Shown piece after piece: positions 41,655 to 54,458 of a stretch of 64,000 nucleotides of DNA. Position 1 is the stretch's first letter; every line of letters begins with the position of its first letter. Origin of the DNA: Octopus vulgaris (lineage: Eukaryota); assembly GCA_951406725.2 (NCBI GenBank), contig OX597815.1:167834001-167898000 (forward strand). Direction: 5' to 3'. The notes beneath the pieces are model-generated. The model did no database searches, was not told where the DNA came from, and saw only the letters and a list, made by a program, of their open reading frames with translations. The translations under genes were made by a program, and so were the position numbers.

Positions 41655-42365
41655 GTTATATCCAAAATACTAATCTAATAATATAAGCATTTTATAGCCT
41701 ACTATAACGTACAATAAAATAAAGTAAGATAGAATTAATTAAAAATTATTTAAATATATTTTAAAAAAGATATGTATACCTTACCTGTTAGTCTGTGGGG
41801 AAAGAAGATAATATTAATCAACGCTGGTGGTTTATTTTACCAGGCTATACCTAATACATAAATCCACCAGTGTGTCCTCAGGCTATTTTTCTTTTTATTA
41901 TTATTATTAACGGATTCAACTTAATCCTAGAAATTTTAAGATATCTTCTTTTAAAAATAAGAATAAAAATAAAAAAATATATATATAACTTCCTAATATA
42001 TTTTTACAATATTTAAAAACATTTTTAAAATTATTAAATTATAATATTAAATTTTTGTTTTAATTTCTAAAAATTTCATAAAATTAAGCACCTAAACATA
42101 CAATAGCGATATATATATAGAAAGTGCTAAACATAAAGAAACTCTCATTGACTATTCTATAAACACTTCAAATTAAACCGTCTATCAATATAAACTTTAC
42201 GGAAATTAATAACTTATTGTGAAATTTACCCCTATCTATACTATCATATATTGCCATTGTTATATCAAACGTAAGTTTAAAATATTTAAAAAGTTAAAAA
42301 CCTCTATATATGTTATAAATTTATTGAATAAAACTAGTAAATGAAACTATTTACCACAATTAACA
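41655..42365. other. Possible NUMT of the mitochondrial control region
   Basis: ~710 bp, extremely AT-rich, G-poor on plus strand, no SINEs or long microsatellites, stem CTGGTGGTTTTA/TAAATCCACCAG; no flanking mitochondrial gene recognised. Confidence 0.35.
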
Positions 42366-42459
42366 AAGGTAGAATGCTTATCTGCATGTTTACACATTCT
42401 TTAACCTGTGCAAATGGCTACACCTTCTGGGGGAGGGAGCTGAAGTAGGGAGGGGAGGG

Positions 42460-43420
42460 AATAGTTTATTGCATCAACCCCAGTACTTGACTGGTACTAT
42501 ATTATATCAATGCTATATTCTATCAACATCCAGAAAAAATAGAAAGAAGGCAAAGTTGACGTTATCGGATTTGAACGCAGAACATAAAAAGGCGGAAAGC
42601 ATGTTGTCCGACGTGCTAACGACTCTGCCAACTCGCTGCCTTCTATATACTATTCTTTCTACAATAGGCATAAAGCTTGAAATTTGAGCTGAGGGAGGGA
42701 GTTAGTCAGTTGTTTCGACCGCAGTTTCATCTGATACTTAGTTTATAGATCCCCAAAGGATGAAAGGCAAAGCCAGTCACAGAAAGTAAATAGCCGGAAC
42801 TTTCTGCGTAATATTGGTTTCAAATGTTGGCACAAGGCCAGAAATTTCGTGGGAGTGGGTAAGCCGATAACATTGACACCAGGGCTCAACTGGTATTTAT
42901 TTCATCGAGCCCGAAAGAATGAAAGGCAAAGTAGACCTCAGCGACCTTCTGCTTAATATTGCTTTCAAGTTTTGGTACAAAGGCCAGCAGTTTTTGGGGA
43001 AGAGGATAAGTCGACGACATCGACTCCAATGTCAAACTGGTTTAGACCCCAATGTCTAACTCATTTTATCGAACCCGAAAGGATAAAAGGGAAAGTCAAA
43101 CTCGATGGAATTTGAACTCGAAGTGTAGAGACGAAATGCTGCTAAGCATTTTGCCTGGCGTGCGCTAACGATTCTGCCAACTTACCACCTTCCTTCCTTG
43201 TCTCTAATACAAATGATTTTAAATTTTGACTCAAGGCCAGCAATTTTGGGGGAGGGGTTAAGTCGATTACATCGACCGTAGTACTCAACTGATGCTTATT
43301 TTATTGACCACGAATGGCTGAAAGGAAAAATTGACCTCGTCGGCATTTGAGTGTAAAGTTGGACGAAATGCCGCTAAGCATTCTGCCTGGTTTGCTAACG
43401 ATTCCGCCAGCTCGCTGCCT
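42460..43420 (-). mobile_element. Head-to-tail cluster of about five decayed SINE family A copies
   Basis: Repeated GGCACAAGGCCAG / GAAAGGCAAAGT / GCTAACGATTC.GCCA motifs; further clusters at 45225-45990, 49150-50125 and 50950-51770. Confidence 0.85.
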
Positions 43421-43976
43421 TCCTTTTGCGTAATACTAATAACAACTATTATTATTTTCCTTGTGGCTTAGACCTAGTTTCATATTAATCAATTGGGCCT
43501 GTAAACAAGGACAATCCATCCGTGATTATCCTGGCTATTTTAGCGATATCTAGAACTACATTATTTAATATTCCTAAGATTTGTTCAAGATAATATGGTT
43601 TGATCCGAGAGAGATTTAGCTGTTATTTTTTGGAGATCAAGCGATTATATCGAAATTACCACGCTGCTTGTGTTTATGTAATTGTTGTTATATTATCGAC
43701 GCGTCGTCTCGTTATTGTCGTCACTGCTGCTGTTGTTGTTGTTGCTGCTGCCGTTGCTGCTGTTGCTGCGGCTGTTGTTGTGTGCCATTATCATTGTTGT
43801 TGTTGTTTTTGTTGCTGTTGACGACGTTGTTGCCTCGTTTCCTAAACATCGAAATTCTGACATAGATCTAAACTTGTTGCCGTCGGCAGTGTGTCGCCGT
43901 TATCGCTGGGAATGGAGTTTGCCAACCTTTATCTCCTTTCGTGATATCTATATATATATATATGTACTTGTACGTG

Positions 43977-44032
<56 letters not shown>

Positions 44033-46124
44033 CATGTGTGCGTGTGTGTGTATGTACTTACATGTCTGCAAACGTAGACATATATACGTATATACATGTA
44101 TGTGCGTGTCTTGGTGTATACATTGCTATATGTCTCTCTCCCTAACTCCCTAACTACCCCCTCTCTCTCTCCGTGTGTGTGTGTGTGTGTAGGTGTGATT
44201 GCGTATGTCTCCATGCACGCAGAACTTTTGGTTGGGAACGAATAGAAATTTGGGTGGGTTCTACATCTACGCCGCCGTCATCGCATCCCGTTAAGGCCTC
44301 TATCAGTTCATTTGATCACGCTCATGTACCTTGATAATTCAGACAATCAAAAATTATGTCTCCAGCAATGACACAAGGATCACAGAGGTTATATATTTGC
44401 AGGCTTAAATAGCTAGCCAACAGGAAGCCACCGCATCACACCACTATGATAAAAATAAGCAAATTTATTTATGTAAATAAGAAAAAAATACAAAACAAAA
44501 TAAGATAAAAAAGCGACATATAGTAGTGGAGTTAGCAATGAACCCGTGCAAATACTTAAAAGTAACACGTTCCTGGTTCTCACATGATATAAAGAACTAT
44601 GAAAGTGTCAAAATTGAAACGAAGCGATGCTAAAAGTGCCACAGCAATTAGAATTAAAAGTAGCTTTATATATTTATTAATTTCTTTCACTAGGACCCCT
44701 AAAATTAATTTTTTTATACATACATATGTGTGTGTGTTCGCGCGCGCATATGTATATGTATGTATGTTTGTGTATATATATAAATAATATATATAGATAA
44801 ATGTGTGTGTGCGTTTATATATATATATATATACACAGACACACACACATACATACATATAAATCCACATATATATAAACGCATATATATATATATATAT
44901 ACTCATTGAGTAAATTAGCTACATCATATACTTCTGTTTACGTCTATTCTGTGTGATAAAATCAGATTAGAAACCGGAAATCAGCGTTCGCCTGAGATAT
45001 GGAGTAAAGTGGGAAATTTATACGCCAGGCTGAGAGTCGACTGAATCTCCTACCCCAATAAATGTCTGGTAGTCATTTTATTAGCCCCTGGTGGGTTGAA
45101 AGTAAATGCTAACCATGACAGGTTCTGAAAGCAGAATTTTGAATAGAGAAAACCCAATATTATAAGGAATTTCCGGTCTGCTACCGTTTCTGAGACTCCT
45201 CGACTACTCTCAGTAATAATGATTTCAAATTTTGGCACAAGGTCAGCAATTTCAGGGGAGAGGCAGCTGGTACTTATTTTATCGACCCTGGAAAGATGAA
45301 AGACAAGACGACCTCGGTGGTATTTGAACTCAGAACCTAAGGACAGACGAAATGACGCTAATCATTTTTCTCGACATGCTAACTATTCTGTTAGCTCACT
45401 GTAATAATTTTAACAAAAGCATCAGGCCAGAAATTTGAGAAGGAATGAAGTAGTGGATTACATACTTATTTATTTTATTTTATCGATGCCTGAGCGAGAA
45501 AATGCAATAATGGCGCCAGCGAGATTTGAACTCTGAAAGTAAAGAGCTAGAACAAATAACTCACGATAGTTTGTCCAACTTTTTAACGATTCACCCGAGT
45601 TCCAACATACCAAGTTCTCAATCCATATATTTGGTGGCATGACACCTATGTTAGAGTTGATTAGATCAATACCAATAATTTGTCTTGTATTTTATCGATT
45701 CCTAGATCTCTACGTAAAAGTTTCAAATCCCGCCGAGAGCAACTTTGCCTTTCATAATTCTGGTGTTGATAAGATGGTACTAATCTGGCAGAAACGTTAG
45801 CACACCGGACGAAGTGGTTAGCGGTATTTCGTCTGTTTTACGTTCTGAGTTCAAATTCCACCGAGGTCGACTTTGCCTTTCATCCTTTCGGGATCGATAA
45901 ATTAAGTACCAGTTGCGTACTGGGTCGATCTAATCGACAGATCCCTTCCTCACAAATTTGAGGGCCTTGTGCCAAGAGAGTAGAAAAGAAAAGAATAAGG
46001 TACTACTGCTTGATATTACATTTGTCATTCCTAACAATGATCACAGTTTGTATGTACTGATATGTATTTGTGCGAGTGCATGTGCGCTTACACGTGTGTA
46101 TGAGCGTGTATGTGTGCGTGCGTA

Positions 46125-46495
46125 TCTCTCTATATATAAACGGCAGTTTGTCTGTGTGTGTTTCTGTGTGTCTGTTAGGTTGTACCCTCACCCTGACCAC
46201 GGCTTTCAACCGATTCTGATGAAACTTGACACACACATAGCCCAATGTCATAATTCAAAACTAACGCAGAGAAAATTTTGAAAAGTTCCCCCAGTTCTGA
46301 AAAAAATCGATAAATTCGACATGGGGTCGAGAATTAGAAACACAAACCACAGACTGTCTAGGGGACGCAACTCGACCTTTTTAACTAAAAAAAAATTTAC
46401 CATCATTTTTTTCCCATTTTTTGGCTATAACTCTCTAAAAATGCTTTATAGTTATTTCCCTTACAAACCCGAGCAACGCCGGGCGATACTGCTAG
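46125..46495 (+). mobile_element. Non-autonomous Helitron, family 1
   Basis: A|TCTCTCTATATATAAA ... CCCGAGCAACGCCGGG CGATACTG CTAG|T; no TSD; near-identical to 9885-10258. Confidence 0.92.
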
Positions 46496-46988
46496 TGTTT
46501 TTATATATGTGTCTCTAGCCAGGCGATTATCCAGCACCGAGGAATGGAAATAACCTGGAAAACATTGGTCTGCTGGTACTACCAACGACTAGAAGGAGCA
46601 GTGAAACCCCGACACAGATCATGTGTCGATAAACCAGCTGGAAATGATGTTTTCCTGGGGTTAAAGAGTAGTAACATAGTCCTTGTCAGGACTGCCACGT
46701 TATGTTGGCAAAGAAACTTTACTATCCAGTACTGTTACTACATAGATCTCAGAGTTTTTCTCCTTATGAGATCAGCAACTGAGAGTCGCTCTGAAAAGTA
46801 TATACTGTGAGTATATACTGGGATATCTACTCTCCTCTTCGTCGTTTTACAAATGGGGCAACTGTTTTTTTTTTTCAGTATATTTTTGCTACGTTCTCCG
46901 TACTTGTTTACATATAGTGAGAGATGTGTGGCTTTGGAGAGTTTTAGCTTTATTTTCTAGCAAACAGGTGCATATTGTACACTGACTT

Positions 46989-47027
<39 letters not shown>

Positions 47028-47251
47028 TTAATAATGATAATGATAATTATATATATATATATATTGATAAAAATGGTAAGACAACAAAAGAATGAAAGAG
47101 ACCTCGATATTATGTAAATAGAGGAATTTATAATATGTGACAATTATTCGGTAGCCATGATAAAACTGCCGATGTGGAAATCCACGCCTCCATCTGTTCA
47201 GTTATCCGACCATCGGAAAAAAAACGAGTAATTGTCACATATTATATGTAC

Positions 47252-47294
<43 letters not shown>

Positions 47295-47299
<5 letters not shown>

Positions 47300-47584
47300 A
47301 TCACGTGACCGACCAGACCATCAGATGTTGCTACACATCGCTAGTCACAATGCGTTTGCATTGTTTTAGTCTTCGAATGACGCCACCCCGCTATCTAAGC
47401 AAGCAGGCCAACAGAAGAAAGAGTGAGAGAAAGAGTACAGCAGGGATCACCACCCCCTGCCGGAGCCTCGTGGATCTTTTAGGTGTTTTCGCTCAATAAA
47501 CACTCACAACGCCCGGTCTGGGAATCGAAACCGCGATCCTACGACCGCGCGTCCGCTACCCTAACCACTGGGCCATTGTGCCTC

Positions 47585-47585
<1 letters not shown>
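47295..47585 (-). mobile_element. tRNA-head SINE (head shared with 53082-53395)
   Basis: Minus strand TGGCCCAGTGGTTAGGG, GTTTCGATTCCC, TTATTGAGCGAAAACACCTAAAAG. Confidence 0.88.
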
Positions 47586-47680
<95 letters not shown>

Positions 47681-47820
47681 CATAATAAGGGTGAAAAAAA
47701 TTGAATATTAATTAATAACTTCAATTTAAAACACCAAGTGGTCTATATATACGATGTCCTATCATTTTGATGTATGAAACTTAATGCCTGAGTAGTGCTC
47801 GATGTGCTGCGATAGAGCTA

Positions 47821-48152
47821 CCTTATGGGGTAGCCATATTCAAATGGCAAATATGCGTCACGATGTGTTACCGCTACTGTTTATAACTCGCTCTGAGATT
47901 TATCATTGTTTGATTTCACTTTTTCAATATCAGTGTCAATCGACACGCTGATGAAAGGTAAACACCTTGAAACTCGGGTACGTGTGTATCATGTGTTGAA
48001 GACGGGGAGGATGACTCCCCTTCACAAATACTGAGAGGACACAGATAGTGTGTCTATAGCCAGCTGGAGGAGATATCTTCCTGGGGCTACAAACTACAGT
48101 AGCATCCACCCTTATGGGGTAGCCATATTCAAATGGCAAATATGCGTCACGA
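47821..48152 (+). mobile_element. Hammerhead-bearing 289-bp unit with 43-bp terminal redundancy (retrozyme or Penelope pLTR-like)
   Basis: Exact direct repeat CCTTATGGGGTAGCCATATTCAAATGGCAAATATGCGTCACGA at 47821-47863 and 48110-48152, enclosing the ribozyme. Confidence 0.7.
47943..47985 (+). ncRNA. Minimal type I hammerhead ribozyme
   Basis: ACACG-CUGAUGA-AAGGU(AAAC)ACCUU-GAAA-C(UCGG)G-UA^CGUGU: all core nucleotides present, stems I and II perfect, predicted cleavage after A47980. Confidence 0.88.
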
Positions 48153-50125
48153 CATAATCTATATTAAATGAAAATATCCACATGAAACTTACTTTTCGTG
48201 TATAAGAGTGATTTAGTGTGCTTGATATTGGGTGTGCATGCGTTTGTGTAAGAGAGGGAGTGAGTGTATGTTAATGTGTGTGTGTGTGTGTGTGTGTGTG
48301 TGTTGTGTGTGTGTGCGTGTGTGTGTGCGTGTGTGTGTGTGTGCTTCTGCGCATATTTGGGTGCATGTACTTATGAGTGAACGTATTTATAAATAAATGT
48401 ATATTTGCGTATATGTGTGTGTGTATGTATATGTGTGTGTATGTGTACGTGTGTATATGTATTTAGATTGGGGAGGAAGTACAGTGTTGCGTGCACATAT
48501 GCACGTAGAAGGCAAACTAATTTGTACCTAGGTCATTAACAAATTATTTTGGTGTATTTCTGGTTTGATTTAATTCTGTATGGAAATTAAGAATTATCTC
48601 TTCTTGGTGGTCTGACCCTATATCGATTGCATTTTAATTTATTATCAGTTTATAACATTAGTTTGGGTTAATTCAATTTGACTCCGTTTGCCTTCCTTTC
48701 TAAAGAAAGATATTCTCTTGATGCACACGGAAGCTGGTATCACACATGCGGAACCAGTGCAACGTGTTATCACGTCTGTTTGTCCTTGTCTGTGCATCAG
48801 AAACAATTGAGAAAAAAAAAAGCCATTTTCTTTTTCATGTATTTTATTCTAAATGTATTTTATACGTTTGTGTATGTGTTGATATAAAGAATATAAAAAG
48901 AGGGATTTTATGTAGGTGATGAGAGCACGTAAACCAGATCTCTGGCCAAGTTAGAATATTAGTTGTAAGTGATACACTCCCTTCATTAGTATCATCAGGA
49001 AAGGCATGAACGCCATAAAACCCCTTTACTCAATTATGTAAGTCAATAGAAATGAAGGTCCGTTGAAAGAACGTTCAATTCATCTAAGCTTATGTCGTTG
49101 ATTTGTTTTGTTTTGTTTTTCGCCTTAATAAATCTTTACATCGCGTAACGCGGCGAGCTGGCAGAATCGTTAAGCACGGCGGGCGAAATGCTTAGTGGCA
49201 TTGCGTCCGTCTTAAGGTTCTGATTTCAAATTCCGCCGAGGTCAACTTTGCTTCTCATCCTTTCGAGGTCGATAAAATAAGTACCAGTTAATCACTGGGG
49301 TCGATATAATCGACTTTCTCCTCCCCTAAAATCGCAGGTTTTGTGCCAAAATGTGAAACCAATAGCCAAAAATATTTTTCAACGGTGGAACGAAAGTAAG
49401 TAAAGCCTTAAATTACTATTTCTACTCTAGGCACAAGGCCTTGAAAATTTGGAGAGAAGGGGGATGATCGATTACATCGACTCCAGTGCGTAACTAGTAC
49501 TTATTACATCGACCCCGAAAGGAAGCGGCAGATCAACTATCGCAAAGCATTTCACCCGGTGTACTAACGATTCTGCCAGCTCACCGCCTTGGTAAAGTCT
49601 TGAATAATAGCATATAAATATTATGTTAAAAATCCCTTAGATGGAAAATGTCGAACACAAGATGTGAGTTCGTGAAACATGGGCAGCCTTTGACTTTTTC
49701 CATTCTAGTGTTTTTGAGTTGTTTTTTTTTACTCTATATTTACACACTAATATATATGGTAGAAATAAGTCGGTTGACTGGCAGAAATATTACCGAGCCA
49801 GGGAAAATGCTTGGCGGTATTTCGTCTGTTTTTACATTCTGAGTTCAAATTCCGCCGAAGTCGACTTTGCCTTTCATCCTTTCGAAGTCGATAAAATAAG
49901 TACTAGTTGAGCACTGAGGTCGATGTGATCGACTCGCCCCCTTTCCCGAAATTGCTGGCCTTTGAAACCAATATTTATGGTAGAAACATTAACACGTTGG
50001 ACAAAATGCCTAGCAGTATTTCTTCTGACTGCTTTTTTAGTTCAAACGCCGCCGTGGTCGATTTTGCCTTTCATCCTTACGGAATTGATAAAATCGAGCA
50101 CTGGGGTCGAAGTAATCGATTAGTC

Positions 50126-50435
50126 CTAGGCTGACCAACATGAGGCCCGCGGGCCGCATGCGGCTCACTTCATACTATCTTGAAATGGTTTTATTTAAAC
50201 AAACATTTAAAAAAATTTTATCAAAAATTAAGACTGTAAGGAAAAGTAAAAAAAGAACGATACTACTGTTTTTGCAACGATAATATTTCATGTTGAATCA
50301 ATGATTATTCATTCCTCAGTGTAATAATAGCATGAGAAAGCAAAATGCTTTCAATTCTGTCAGTATACAAGCGGCCCTCAAAAAACTTTCTGTGATTAAA
50401 GTGGCCCGCAGTGCAATTCGGGTAGGCCAGACCTG
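50126..50435. mobile_element. hAT (Charlie-like) MITE inserted into a SINE A copy
   Basis: CTAGGCTGACCAAC..GGCCCGCGGGCCGCATGCGGC ... GTGGCCC..GGTAGGCCAGACCTG; imperfect 8-bp TSD GATTAGTC / AACTAGTC. Confidence 0.75.
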
Positions 50436-53081
50436 AACTAGTCCCTTCCGCAAAAGTCTCAAGCCTTGCACCTGTAATAAAAACAATTATGATTACGTTT
50501 ATGTATTTGTTTTGCAAGATTCTTGATGTGAAATCGTGTATTGAAATAGATATTGTGGTATTTTGGGAATATAACAAATATAACAGTATAATAATTATTA
50601 TTTATAACAATAATTACTTATAGCTATATCTATTTCACGCTCCGTCGTTAAAAACGTTCTAATTAACATCTTACCATGTTTCTAAATTCTTCTGACGTAA
50701 GCAAACATTTATAATTTATATGTGTGAACGAGTGCACACTTGTAAGAATGCATATACTTAGAGGGTCCCATGCGGCCCACGTCAAACAGGATACTAACTA
50801 ATCAAACTACACAGCTCAAACAATTATCAAATTTTAGAGACTATGTCTTCTGTTCCTTTGCATGATACCATCAGGTTATCTCATGAAGAATTATTCCCTT
50901 TGGGTTAAATTAATGTGTGGTCCATATAAAAGAAAACGATAATACAGATTTCTAACATTGGCACAAGACTACGTGGGGAAGATATGGGCGATATAGTCAA
51001 TCGTATTAGTTGATAACATGAGGGTGAAAAGTAAAGTTGACCTCGACAACTGAATTCGAGAGGTGAATAAATGTAACTAAACACACTGCAAGACACTTTA
51101 TCCGAAACTCCAACAATACTACAAATCCAGTATTGAACTGGTTTCAAATTTTGCCGCGGGGAAAGGGCTAAGTCGGTTACATTGACGCCAGTGCTCAACT
51201 GGTACTTTTATCGACGCCGAAAAGATGTAAAACAAAGTCGACCTCGGTAGAATCTGAACTCACAACGTGCAGACAGACGAAATGCCGCTGAGCACTTTAC
51301 TCGACGTGCTAACGATTTTGCCAACTAGTCTTTACATCGTGAGTCTAATTTTCGCAGAGATTATCTTTTCCTTACATTCTTTCAGGGTCGATGAAATACC
51401 TACCACTTGAGCACTGAGATCGATGTAATCGACAAGCCCCTTCTAAAATTTCAGGCCTTGTGTCTATAGTAAAAAAAGGATTATATTAATTCTTTCTAAT
51501 TTGAGCACAACGTCAGCAATGTTTTAAGAGAAGAGTTAATCAATTATATCGACATCTAAATGGCGGTGCCCCAGCATGGCCACAGCTCATGAGCTGAAAC
51601 TAGAATCAATCAATCAATCAGTACTTGACTCTTTATTTTATCGACCTCGAAAGGACAAAAAACACAGTTGACCTCGGCGGAATTTTTTAACGCATAAAAT
51701 ATCGAGTCGGAAGAAATAATGCAAAGCATTTTCCGACTCTGTAACGATTCTGCTAGCTTGCCACCTTTGTCATAATTTTAACAAAGTGCCTTCCATGAGC
51801 AAAACAAACATAAAGCTAATTTATTGTGGTGACCATTCTTTGATACACGCGCAAAAAAAAGATTAAGATAATCCGAAAATCTAGTTACAGTACCTTTCTA
51901 TGTGATGGTGCGTGTCCTAGTGGTTAAGATATTGGGCTGCCGATTTTAAGGTTCAATTTCTGAACTGGTCGCACACTATATCCTTGAGCAAGGCGCTTCA
52001 TTTTAGACACTGCATTCGGCTGAAAAATGACACCATTCGAGAACTGGTGGCTGCCCTCTCTGCCTCGAGTTATCACATCCCGGATTTCTCCCTAGATCAA
52101 AAGGGAGAAGGTGGAAAGGGTTTCTATGTCTGCTCACAACCACACAAGTACGTATAACGATTAGAGAAAGCATAATACAAGTTATCAAGCCATATTTGCT
52201 TGCGAGTGACGGCTGTAGTATCATCCTATGATTACATGTCGCGGAGATTCCTCACCTAATTCAAATCTTAGTATTTTACATTTGCGTTTGCTCCATAAAT
52301 ATGGTAAATTTTGTTGATTTTGTCATGTTATTGTTAATGTTGATGGTTTTTATTGTTGTTGTTGTTGTTGTTGTTATTGTTGATGTTGTCATTGTTGCTG
52401 TTAGTGATGATGTTGTTGATCAGCTGTAGGTCAGCTCTGATTTAGTAGACATTTCATCAAAGATATCCGATTATCTCCCGTTTTCTCTTTTCAGGCATTG
52501 TGCACCTCTAACCACATTTTCAACGTGCCTTCTTTTCTAAGACTTTAAGGCATGATTTTAGGGGAATTTGGTTGCTACTTCTACCAGGTCGAGAAATCAT
52601 GTATCACTCAAATCTTTACCCAGTTTTCAACTAGGCACACTGTATCACATGGTATTGGATACATATACGATTAGAGTAAACATATTACCGATTCTGAAAT
52701 TTCTTACTGCTATCTACATTGATAATCTAAGGCATGGAATTGACAGAGTCACCAGAGCGATATTTTGCGGTTCTTTGCCTCGCTGTTCAAATCCTACCGA
52801 GATCAAATTTCTTTTTCATTCTTCTGGTATTGCTAAAGCACCAATCGAATATAGAGTTCTATTCTTCTCTCTCCCTCTCTCTCTATCTCTCCACCCTCTC
52901 TCCCTCTCTCTCTCTCTCTCCAAATCAAAATCTCAGTAGTTTTGTCACATTGCGTCGCGTTGATTCGGCCTACGAGTTACATTAAACATTCTCGTGTTTG
53001 AGAGATGACCAACCGCAACACGTTGATTTTAAGAGCAGGATGAATTTGAAAGTATAAGAAGAGTATGATATATATATATCT

Positions 53082-53395
53082 GTGGATGCGCAATGGCCCA
53101 GTGGTTAGGGCAGCGGACTCGCGTTCGGAGGATCGCGGTTTCGATTTCCAGACCGGGCGTTGTGTGTGGTTTATTGAGCGAAAACACCTAAAAGCTCCAC
53201 GAGGCTCCGGCAGGGGTGGTGACGACCCCTGTTGTACTCTTTCACCCCAACTTTCTGTCACTCTTTCTTCTTGCTTCTTGGGTAACGCTGCGATGGACTG
53301 GCGTCCCGTCCAGCTGGGGGGAACACATACGCCACAGAAACCGGGAAACCGGGCCCATGAACCTGGCTAGGCTTGAAAAGGGCGAATAAAAAAAA
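53082..53395 (+). mobile_element. tRNA-head SINE with V-like block
   Basis: Head matches 47430-47585 (reverse complement); tail CTGCGATGGACTGGCGTCCCGTCCAG...GAAACCGGGAAAC matches 30990-31100 (reverse complement). Confidence 0.88.
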
Positions 53396-53711
53396 TTGAA
53401 TAATGATATATATCTTATTGCTTTCTCCTATTATTTTATGTGTTCAGTAAGATATGCCTACGCTGAATAAAGAATTCATTTTCAGTCTGTCATAACTACA
53501 ATACATTGAAGTTACACACTCACCATCCCCAATAACAACAACACTAACATCACCACCACCTAAATAAATGAAAATCTACCTGATTAGCCGTTAATCAAGA
53601 TCATCAGCCATAAAATATTCCCCTGTTTTGGTCTTACATTTATGAGTCCAACTGGGGTTTTTAGTTGTTTTTGTTGGTGATTCTCTGTCGTTTATTGAGC
53701 AGCTTGTAGAA

Positions 53712-54025
53712 TGTGCGTGGCTTAGTGGTTAGGGTATTTGGCTGGCAATCATATGGTCTTGATTTCAATTCCCAGCAGCCGGTTGTGTCCTTGAGCAAGA
53801 CGCTTTGTTTCACTTTGCTCCAGTCGACTCAACTTGCAAAAATGAGTACTTGTAATTCAAACGGTCAGCCTTGTCATTCTCTGTGTCATGCTGAATCTCC
53901 TTAAAAACTACGTTAACAACATGCGTGTCTGTGGAGTACTCGACCACCTGCACATTAATTTCACGAGCAGGCTGTTCCGTTAATCAGATCAACTGGAACA
54001 CTCGTCGTCGTTACCAACGGAATGA
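53712..54025 (+). mobile_element. Decayed CORE-like SINE
   Basis: GCGTGGCTTAGTGGTTAGGG head, GTTGTGTCCTTGAGCAAGAC; similar heads at 51908-52010 (+) and 58280-58415 (-). Confidence 0.8.
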
Positions 54026-54041
54026 CAGTATAAAGCAACTT

Positions 54042-54458
54042 AAGGCGGCGAGTTGGCAGAATCATTAGCACGCCGGGCAAAATGCTTAGCGGTATTTCGT
54101 CTGCCGCTTCGTTCTGAGATCAAATTACGCCGAGTTCGACTTTGCCTTTCATCCTTTCGGGGTCGATTAAATAAGTACCAATTACGCACTGGGATCGATA
54201 TAATTGACTTAATCCGTTTGTCTGTCCTTGTTTGTCCTCTCTGTGTTTAGCCCCTTGTGGGTAGTAAAGAAATAGGTATTTCGTTTGCCGTTACGTTCTG
54301 AGTTCAAATTCCGCCGAGGTCGACTTTGCCTTTCATCCTTTCGGGGTCGATAAATTAAGTACCAGTTACGCACTGGGGTCGATATAATCGACTTAATCCG
54401 TTTGTCTGTCCTTGTTTGTCCTCTCTGTGTTTAGCCCCTTGTGGGTTGTAAAGAAATA
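54042..54458 (+). mobile_element. Young SINE family A dimer with 15-bp TSD
   Basis: AGTATAAAGCAACTT at 54027-54041 and 54459-54473; two long-tail units. Confidence 0.95.

Noticed and set aside
41770-41810. Minus-strand 8-nt microexon CAG|ACTAACAG|GTAAGG
   Set aside because: Not frame-preserving and lies within the suspected NUMT; cannot be supported without RNA data
46544-46810. 88-aa ORF in unique sequence
   Set aside because: No motif, splice signals or termini that I can support
48717-48800. miRNA-like hairpin TGATGCACA...TGTGCATCA
   Set aside because: Only about 9 bp pair well; inner region poorly paired; no known miRNA recognised
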